From IMG/VR virus record IMGVR_UViG_3300048016_000081, positions 1 to 54,984 of that record: a stretch of DNA of 54,984 nt, one strand, 5' to 3'. This document shows, piece after piece, positions 19,366-28,300 of the stretch; within the stretch, counting starts at the first letter, position 1, and each line of letters opens with the position of its first letter. This stretch comes from a virus. Lineage: Duplodnaviria > Caudoviricetes. The position numbers and the translations under genes were made by a program. The notes under the pieces are model-generated. The model searched no databases, was not told where the DNA came from, and saw only the letters and a program-made list of their open reading frames with translations.

Positions 19366-19791
19366 ATGAAAAATCTGGTATATGGCCAAGACAAGCGCGT
19401 ACGAGACTGGGTTGCTGAACGAATCGGCGAGAACCTAGACGACGCTGAAGTGGCCATCGGAGTAGAAGAAGACGGTGAGCTGATTGCTGGTGTGGCGTAC
19501 AACATGTACACCGGAGCAGCCATCTGTATGAATGTAGCGGCGACACCCGGCAAACGCTGGACCTCCAAAGAGTTTATGTATGCGTTCTTCGCTTACCCGT
19601 TCATCCAGCTTAAGTGCCGTCGTGTCACTGGGTTGGTTCGGATGAGCAACGAGACAGCTAAAAAATTTGACGAGCATGTGGGGTTCATCCAAGAAGGGGT
19701 GATACGCGAAGCGTTCGAGGACGGCGAAGATGCCATCCTGTACGGCATGCTTAGAAGTGAGTGTAGGTATTTAGGAGTTCACCATGGGTAA
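19366..19791 (+). CDS. GNAT-family acetyltransferase-like protein
   Basis: FAYPFIQLKCRRVTGLV..SN...KF.EHVGF.QEG.IR (RimJ/RimL-like). Confidence 0.85.
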   Translation: MKNLVYGQDKRVRDWVAERIGENLDDAEVAIGVEEDGELIAGVAYNMYTGAAICMNVAATPGKRWTSKEFMYAFFAYPFIQLKCRRVTGLVRMSNETAKKFDEHVGFIQEGVIREAFEDGEDAILYGMLRSECRYLGVHHG

Positions 19792-20845
19792 ATCATCAGT
19801 CAGCGCTCCAGCAGCCGACCCAAATATTGGCATCGCCCAGCGCGAGTTGTCCGCGCTCGCCAAAGAACAGTGGAGCAAGTTCACCACTGACATCTACCCT
19901 GAGATGCTTAAGCAGTCACAGCAGCAAGAAGCACGCGCTCAGGACCAGTACGAGTTCACAAAAGGTATCACTGAGAAGCAGCAGGGCTACGCGGACAAAG
20001 ACCGAGCGCGGTATGAAGAAGGCGCTATTCCGGCAATGGAGAAGCTCCGAGCTGATGCAGATCAGTACAACACCGAGGCGGAACGAGAGCGTATGGCTCT
20101 GGGCGCTCGCGCTGATATTTCTACCGCCATGGAGAACCAACGCAGCCAACAGGAAATGCGCCAACGAGCTTATGGTATTGACCCAACTTCTGGTACAGCG
20201 CAGTTCAACAGCAACGCCATGGGTGCAAACCAAGCCCTGATGGAAGCTCAAGCCGCTAACCAAACTCGTCAGGCAGCCAAAGATATTGGCTTACAGAAAC
20301 AAGCCAACGTGTACAACATGTATGCGGGCTTACCCGCACAGGGCAACGCCTCTACCGGTATCGCCCTTGGTGCTGCGAATCAAGGCTTTCAGACGGGTCA
20401 AGCTGCCCTTAGCAACTTTGGTACGACCGGAGCGGCGCTAAATTCAGGAGCCCAGACAGCAATGTCTGGCTGGAATAGCGTAGGCCAACTGGGTGTCGGG
20501 GCTACTAACGCTGCTAACCAAGCTGCTGCTAATCAAGCAGCTGCTGCAAATGCAAGTGCTGCCGGCCTCGGTTCTGCCCTCGGTACTGGTATCAGTGTGG
20601 CCGCTAAGATGGGTATGTTCTCGGACATCCGCATGAAAGAAAACATCGCTCAAGTTGGTATGCTGGATAACGGCCTTCCTATCTACGTGTTTGAGTACAA
20701 ACCAGAGTTCAAGAATATCGCTGGCTATGGCCCTGTTATTGGTGTGATGGCGCACGAAGTCGCTCATATCCCCGGTGCTGTATCTGTACACGCAAACGGC
20801 TACAAACAAGTCGACTACTCTAAGGTGGTGAACCATGGCATTTAA
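19784..20845 (+). CDS. Internal virion/ejection protein with C-terminal S74-like chaperone domain
   Basis: MGKSS..APAADP start, Ala/Gln/Gly-rich helices, FSDIRMKENI...GVMAHEV...VDY. Confidence 0.75.
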   Translation: MGKSSVSAPAADPNIGIAQRELSALAKEQWSKFTTDIYPEMLKQSQQQEARAQDQYEFTKGITEKQQGYADKDRARYEEGAIPAMEKLRADADQYNTEAERERMALGARADISTAMENQRSQQEMRQRAYGIDPTSGTAQFNSNAMGANQALMEAQAANQTRQAAKDIGLQKQANVYNMYAGLPAQGNASTGIALGAANQGFQTGQAALSNFGTTGAALNSGAQTAMSGWNSVGQLGVGATNAANQAAANQAAAANASAAGLGSALGTGISVAAKMGMFSDIRMKENIAQVGMLDNGLPIYVFEYKPEFKNIAGYGPVIGVMAHEVAHIPGAVSVHANGYKQVDYSKVVNHGI

Positions 20846-22319
20846 TTTAGGCGCATTTGCTGGTGGTCTGGCCAAAGGCGGCATGGACACGTACCAGACA
20901 CTGGAAGCTATCGAGTCTCAGAAGAAGCGTGATGCTTTGATTGAGCTACAAGCGCAGGAAGCTAGGGCTGCTGCGGAAGAACGCACTGCGCTCAAAGGCG
21001 CAGCAGCTAGTACATTTGGGCAAGTTGGTGCTCCTGAAACTGCTATTCCCGGGCGCAAGTTGTCTGAGGCTGATGTCACTAATGCTTACGCCATTGACCA
21101 AGGTGACCCTACGGCAGTTGCTCCTAAGGCATACACTCAAGCGCAAGCGGAAGCTGACTATCTTTCTAAGGTGCGGGGGATTAGCCCAGAACGTGCTTTG
21201 GATGTTGAAGCTAAGCAAATGCAAATTCAGTCTGGCCGTCGCGAGCAAAAGTTTGACCAAGACTTTGACGCTGAGCGTACTAAATGGAACCAGCAGACTA
21301 CTGACCTGATGAGCAAGTTTGACACCGCCCTAACTCAAGACGGGGCAAATGGTGTTGTGCGCGAAATTGGGCCGGAGTTTAAAAAGATTACAGGTAAGAG
21401 CATTGCTCTCGTGGGTAACGACATCGTAGTGGGCACCGGCAAAGACGCTGAAAAAATCCCAGCTAAAGACTTGCGCGGCGCGTTTGAGTCTGCCATGACA
21501 CAGCACTACACCCAAGGTTTTGCCGATACATTGGTAAAGAAGGGTATGTTCAAGAACGCTAATGAGGCTATTACGTACCAGCTCAAGCGCGGAGAACTTA
21601 ATGTTGCTGAACGTGGAGCAGCCGTTGGCGAACGCGGAGCAGCAGTTAAAGAAGCCCGCCTGCCATTTGAAAATGCCAAAGATGCTGCGTACGCTGGATA
21701 TTTAGGCGGCGGCGGTAAAGGCGGCGTTGGCGGTACTGCGGGCAAAGCAGCTACAGCCCAACAAATGGTGGATGACGGTACAGCTCCAGATTTGGCCACT
21801 GCGTACCGCATCATGGCAGCTAAAGGCGCTACACCTGCTGTTGATGCTCAATGGGGGAAACTCGAAGAGAAGTTAGCGGGTGCTACGCCAGCTGAGCTTG
21901 CAGTTCAGAAAGAAGCCTTCTACGCCCGCAATGGGTATGCCCCAGCCACGCTAGCAGCTTCTATCACTAGTGGGGTTAAGCCCGATGGTAAGAAATGGAG
22001 CCCTGAAGACGCTAAGAAAGTAGTAGCTGACTTCAATGCAAAGTACCCCAATTCAAAAATCAATATGGCCGACCTTACTTGGGTTAAGTCAAAAGACAAA
22101 GCCGAGACTAGCAAACCCGACTCCGCCATACCTGCCAAGGGTAAGGGTTCATCGAACTTCTATTCCTCAGAAGCCGCCGCAGCTCGCAAGGCTGAACGTG
22201 TGGCCCGTGACGCCGCAGTTGCTGAAGAAGAACGCAAAAAACGTGAGGTCGCAGATGCCGAATCTGCTAAGATGCGCTCAGCTATTGCCGCTGACTTCAA
22301 TAGCAAGTACGGACGCTAA
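20835..22319 (+). CDS. Internal virion/ejection protein
   Basis: MAFNLGAFAGGLAKG start, Ala/Lys/Glu-rich helices; position before giant gene. Confidence 0.7.
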   Translation: MAFNLGAFAGGLAKGGMDTYQTLEAIESQKKRDALIELQAQEARAAAEERTALKGAAASTFGQVGAPETAIPGRKLSEADVTNAYAIDQGDPTAVAPKAYTQAQAEADYLSKVRGISPERALDVEAKQMQIQSGRREQKFDQDFDAERTKWNQQTTDLMSKFDTALTQDGANGVVREIGPEFKKITGKSIALVGNDIVVGTGKDAEKIPAKDLRGAFESAMTQHYTQGFADTLVKKGMFKNANEAITYQLKRGELNVAERGAAVGERGAAVKEARLPFENAKDAAYAGYLGGGGKGGVGGTAGKAATAQQMVDDGTAPDLATAYRIMAAKGATPAVDAQWGKLEEKLAGATPAELAVQKEAFYARNGYAPATLAASITSGVKPDGKKWSPEDAKKVVADFNAKYPNSKINMADLTWVKSKDKAETSKPDSAIPAKGKGSSNFYSSEAAAARKAERVARDAAVAEEERKKREVADAESAKMRSAIAADFNSKYGR

Positions 22320-22337
22320 TGCGGAGAACAGAAAATC

Positions 22338-25300
22338 ATGGCTAATATTTGGGACGAGTACGAACGCGACCTGTTCTCCGAGAAAAAGAAAAAGGACGAC
22401 AAACCTGCTTCTTCCAATATCTGGGATGACATCGAGCAAGAGCATTTCAACCCAAAGCCAAAGGCTGGACTTACCTCTAGCCAAGTTTCTTCCTCCATTG
22501 ACCGTTACCAAGCTGGCCTATACGGCGTAGGCGAAGCTGTCGCTGAAGGCGTCGGAGCTAAAGATTCTGCCGAGTGGCTTAAAGGCCGCCGTGAAGAAAA
22601 CGAATTCTTGGCCGATAAAGCATCTCAACGCGCTCGCGACCTTGGTGCGGTTGACCAATTTAAAGATGTACATAGCCTAAGTGATTTTGGCAGCTACGCA
22701 AAAGGCTTGGCCATCCAATCCCTGCCATACGCTGGTGAAGCCTTGGCTGGAGGTCTTCTTGCTCGTGGCGCTATGTCTGGCACTCGCGCTGCCCTTACGG
22801 CGGCCAAAGAAGCTAAAGACGTTGCCGGCGTCGCCCGTGCTGAACGCGCCTTGAACGCAGGCTCCCAAGCTGGTGCAGTGGCCGCATCCTATCCGTCTGC
22901 TGTGGGCGATGTGCTGGGTAACCAGCGTGAACAATCTGATGGTGAGACTCGTGGTGGTGTCGCTGCTGCACTAGCCGTGCCGTATGCTGCGCTGAACGCG
23001 TTTGGTGTTGAGGGTGCTTTAGCCCGTGGCACTGCCTTCAAGAACACCGTGAACCTCCTTGACCGTGGCACCGGCTTGACTGGTGCTGCTGCTCGTACTG
23101 CTGCTACTGCAACTGGCGTGGCCCTCAAAGAAGGTGCTTCGGAAACTGGCCAAGAGATGCTGAACCAAGTTGGTCGCATGTCGGTTGACTCAAGCGAAGC
23201 CTTCCTAAGTGAAGCAGCCCAAGAGCGATTCAAAGAATCATTCATTGGTGGTGCAGCCCTTGGTGGTCTGGCCGGTGGTATCGGTGGCGGCTGGCGTCGT
23301 AGCTCTGCTGGTGGTAATGACATCTCCCAAGCCATGGGTAGCAAGGACGCTACACAGCCGGACATCACGACAACTCAGTTCACTCCGCCCCCTCCACCCC
23401 CCGCTGCTGATATAACTGGCACCCCGTCTGTTGTTTCTACGCAACAGACCATTCCTTCGGCTCCGGCAGTCGTAGGTGGTACTACGGATATTGCACAGGC
23501 GCAAGCCCAAGCTCAGGCTGCCCAACAACAACAGCAGATGCAGGAACAGCAGCAGGCTGCTCGCGAAGAGTTCACTCAGCGCTTTGGCGGTGTGCGCCCA
23601 GCCTTGGATGAGAATGGCCAGCCTACGCAAAGCGTGGTGTTCCAGAACAAGACATACCACACCCGCGACGAGCTCAATGCTGCCGTGGACAAACTGGTAG
23701 CTAAAGATCAGACTAAGGACGACCATGCTCGTCAAGTACAAGCTGCATTTACCAAGACTTACTCTACTCAAGAGAAGACCCCGAACGTAAACTCAGTTGT
23801 CTCCCAGACCAGCCGGTACACCAATCGCACTGCATCTGTGGAAGAGGCTGCCGCACGAATTAACATCGAGATCGCCACACTGGTGGGCCAAGGTAAAAAG
23901 CTGGATGACACTAAGTTATCTAAGCTGGCCGAGTTTTACGAGAACCTTACTGGTGTGACAGCACCAGCTTACGCAGCCGCTGAACAAGCACAACCAACAG
24001 GAGTTAACAATGGAAAACTGCAACTGCAAAACGATGCCGGGCTTCGAGAAGTACCAGTCACAGGCGGAGCAACAGAAACAAACGATGGACAAGCTGGGGG
24101 TGTACGACCCGCTGTGCTTCAATCCGTCGGAGCAACAAGTGTCGGAGCGGGACCGCTTGACCTCCAAGCTGGACAGCCATCAACAGGCGGAGTACGGACA
24201 AGCACCGGAGATGTATCCAATGCTGCCGGTGGCGATGCCACGCAAGCGCAAGTAAATGGGCAAGCTCAAGCAACCGTTCCAAGTGCCGCCCAAGTCACCG
24301 ACGAACGACTCCCTAATGAAAATCTTGGGTCAGTTCCTCCAGTACAACAAGAGCAGTCAGTTGAAGAACAACGAGCCGAAGAAGTCCCCAACTTAATTCG
24401 CTCCGCGCTTCGCATGATTTACAAGTCAGACCGCAAGGTCGACTTGTTGTTGCTCTTGACCGAAAAAACACAGCGCAGTGACTACGCCGCAATCGCTAAG
24501 GAATACGGAGTAACCGAGCAGTACGTTAAGGAGCTGGCGGCAGAAGCCATTACTGACAAAGGTAAAACTTTCCCCCGTTTCATTGAAGCCAACATTGACA
24601 AGTTCATGGCCGCAGTCAACGTACAAGCGGAGCAATCCGGTATTAGCGTACTAGAAGCTCTCGATGCGTTGCAGACTATCCATGACGCCTACGAGGGCGG
24701 GCTCGCTTCCCAATTAGGCGTGGAAGTGAATGAGGGCGACCTCATTAATGCTGGTATGGAAATCCAGAATCTCAAAGAGCGCACTGACAATGAAGGCAAA
24801 GGTACTGGCAAAGTAGACCGCACCAACGTATCCGACTTGGCCGAAGAAGGCAACAAGATGGAAGCCTTGATGCAACAGTACTTGGACCTGTCCAATGAGC
24901 TGGAAGCTGCCACTGAGGCCAATGACGAGCGTGTTCAAGAGCTGGAAGAGCAAGTCGCAGAGTTAACTACAAAAATCGCCGCCGCCGAGAAGAAAGAAAA
25001 AGCTCGCGTTCGCGCCACGGCTGGAAAACAAGCACCAAAGGAAACTGAAAATGCCGTTCAAGTCGAAAGCACAGATGAGGGAGATGTTCGCGAACCAGCC
25101 GGAGGTAGCGAAACGGTGGGCGAAGGAAACGCCGAACCCCAAAAGCCTGCCAGAAAAACTAAGCAAGCCAAAGTCGAAGACAACGCCGACCAAGCCGCGC
25201 CGGAAATAAGAACTCCGCAAGAGCAGTATGACGCTCTGGCCGCCACAACCAATCTGTTACCTCCGTACGAGGCATTGGATGAACGCGAGCGTGCTCAAAT

Positions 25301-28300
25301 AGAAGACCAAGCCTATCAAGGTAAGTTGACTCTTGCGTCATTGAACACCATGTTCTCGGGCAACGCCAAGTTCGGTAAAGACGTTCGCGCTATCAATCCG
25401 TACACCGTGGCTGAGCTGACCAAAGATATTGAAGATTTTGTTCGTGCATCAATCTCATCGCGTAAGCTGGTGATAGTTAACTCAGTTGAGGACTTGACGA
25501 ACTCTGCTGATAAGGTTGTAAAACAGATTGGTGCCGTGCTTGCCGTTGAAGGCGCGTATGGTGTTGCAGTAAATGGCCGTGCCTTCCTGATTGCAAACCG
25601 TATCGAAAAAGGTATGGGTCGTGCCAAGTTTATGCACGAGGTCGGAGCTCACATAGGGCTAGAGAATCTGCTACCTAAAGCAACATATGACCGCCTTGTC
25701 GCCCAGATTAAAAAGTGGACAAACTCTGAGGCTGACACTGATGAAGTTACCTTGGCTGCCAGAGCTGAGATGCGTGTCCTCAACGCTAACACTCCTGCCG
25801 CTGACTATGACGCAGAACTGCTGGCTTACTTTATTGAAGAAGCTGTCCAAGCCGGCATTGACCCAACCGCTTCTGGCAAAGAGACTGGTGCTCTGCGCGA
25901 GTGGTTCCGTACGTTGTGGGCTGCGTTTAAGGTTGCTGTGCGTAAGCTGGGGTACAACCCTGAGGCCATGACTGCGCAAGACATTGTGGATATGGCTTTT
26001 GGCGCTGCTCGCTTGGAGATGTCAGGTACGTACCACGGCACTGCTGCTAACTTCCGTAACTTCCGTAATGAGTACATTGGCTCTGGCGAAGGGGCTACCG
26101 CTTATGGCTGGGGTACATACCTTGCCGAACGCTATGGGATTGCTAAGGGGTATTTTGAAGCTGACGTGCGTCGTAAGACCAAGGATGCCCCCGTTACGAA
26201 TCCAGCGCAGGCGGTACAGGATTTCTTTGGTTTTGGGAAGCTGGTAAAGCCAGACGGCAGCCTCATGCGCGTTGATACCTCAGTTGCTGATGACGAGCTG
26301 TTTAACTACAACGCCACAGTGGCAGAGCAACCACAACGGGTGAAGGACGCTATTAAGTCCATGCTTGACCCCATCGCAGATGAAGTGTTAGATCGCACCA
26401 ACTCTGACGTGGATGAGCTCACTGGGCGAGACCTCTTTGGTACGGGGGAGAATGACCTCGGCTTGTTGAGCCGCTTAATCATGGACGACGTGCTAGTCGC
26501 CGACGGTGCCAAGTTCAACAAAGCTGTGCAGCAAGGCGAATTCCACAAGGCAGCGTCACTGTTGCTCGAGGAAGCTGGTATCGCAGGCATTAAGCATCTG
26601 GATGCTCGTAGCCGTGGCACCGCCACTAGCGTCATTCAGTTCCGTGGGAAAGCATACAACCGAGATGAGCTGCGGGACGCTGCCCGAGCTGCTTATGCAG
26701 CCAAAGATGAGCAGCAGACCTTTGAGATGGGCATGCTACGAAGCCTGTTACAGAACGGGATTGACCACGTCAGAGCTATGCACCAGTCCAAGCAAGCGTA
26801 TTACGAGCGCTTGTTCTACAAGACTGACAAAGAATCCGCTGAGAAGTTCAAAGTTCCTTTCGACGAAGAGCAAGCTCGCGCTGACGCAAAGCGAAAAACT
26901 AAAGACTTGTTTGAGACCAAAGCGCTCGACTGGCTGGACAAGCACGAGGCTGAGATTTCCATGGCGGAGAATCCGCGCACATACAACCGTATTTTGTTTA
27001 GTGATAAGAACATCTTCCGTGTTGGCACCCAAGTGGCCGCAGATCGCCAACGCATGCGCTTTGGTAAAAATATGTCTACCCGCCTGAACGAAGGACTAGA
27101 AAACAATCTCCCCGCCTCGGTGGTAAAGCCTGCTAAGTCTGTAGTGTCTACAATGGGTGCTGCCGTGAAGAACGGCTTGTTGGCTGTGGGTATCACTGAA
27201 GATGTAGTCAACGCCGCTAGCAAGTACATGCGCTCCGCTCAGGATTACCTGACTGCTCAGTACGCTCGCCAGAAGACTCGCCTCGAGTTTGAACAGCGCA
27301 TTGAGGCTATCCTCGACTCGTTCGACAAGCTGCCCAAGAACCTCCAAGGTGAAGACGCTGGCAGCGTGAACCGCTACATCTTGGACTCCACGATGAGCAA
27401 GAAGTGGGGCTACTACCCCGGTGAAAAGCGCATTGGCACAAAGTTGTTTGAGGTTGACCCAGACTTAGAGAAGCGCTTCCTTGCGTTCCCACCTGCTGCC
27501 CAGCAACTAATTCGTGACGTGTTTGAGCACGGCTACACCGCCCTCAAGGCTAAGAGCGACGCTATTGATGTAGCAGTTGAGCGTGAGTTTGCTGAACGCA
27601 CCAAGGCCGCCGCAGGCGATGCTGACCTATTAGATGAAGTGGCTACTGCCAAGAAGCTGATGCGTACTCAGTTGAGCAGCATCCAGAACGTCGACTTCAC
27701 TACCCCCTACGCCTACCTCGGTCGTTACGGCGACTACGTCGTGGCAGCCAAGTCTGCTGAGTTTAAGTACTGGGAAGGCGTTGCTGCTGAGAAGGGTGAG
27801 AACAAAGAACGTGCCGCTGCATGGTTGGCTGAGAATACTTCCAACCCAGACCACTACGTTGTACAGTTTGCTGAGACCCAAGGTGAGGCTGACTCGATTG
27901 CTGCTGATCTGATTGCCACTGGCAAGTTCGACATGGACGGCACTGAGGCTGGCCCCAAAGAAGACATCGGTTCTTACATTGGTTCTGATGTCCACCTCGC
28001 TGTAGCGCGTCTGCGCAACTTGATCTCTCGCCAAGAAGGCGAAAGCGGTGAGGGCAACTCTGACCTCAACCGTATGATTTCTGACCTGTACCTGACGACT
28101 GCTGCTGAAAACAGTGCTCGTAAGTCTGAGATCATGCGTAAGTACGTGGCCGGTGCAAACGGAAACATGATGCGTAACTTGGCCACGTCTGGCCGAGCCG
28201 ATGCCCACTTCCTGAGCACAATGAAACACAACGACGATGTGGTGGATGCCCTCGAGCGCATGCGCAACGAAGCCAAGGGCAACGTGCGTAACGCAATGCC

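Noticed and set aside
26506-27087. 193-aa +1-frame ORF in the giant gene as another nested gene
   Set aside because: No RBS, Ser/Thr/Cys/Arg composition typical of a codon-bias shadow, and the host frame is a conserved-looking domain
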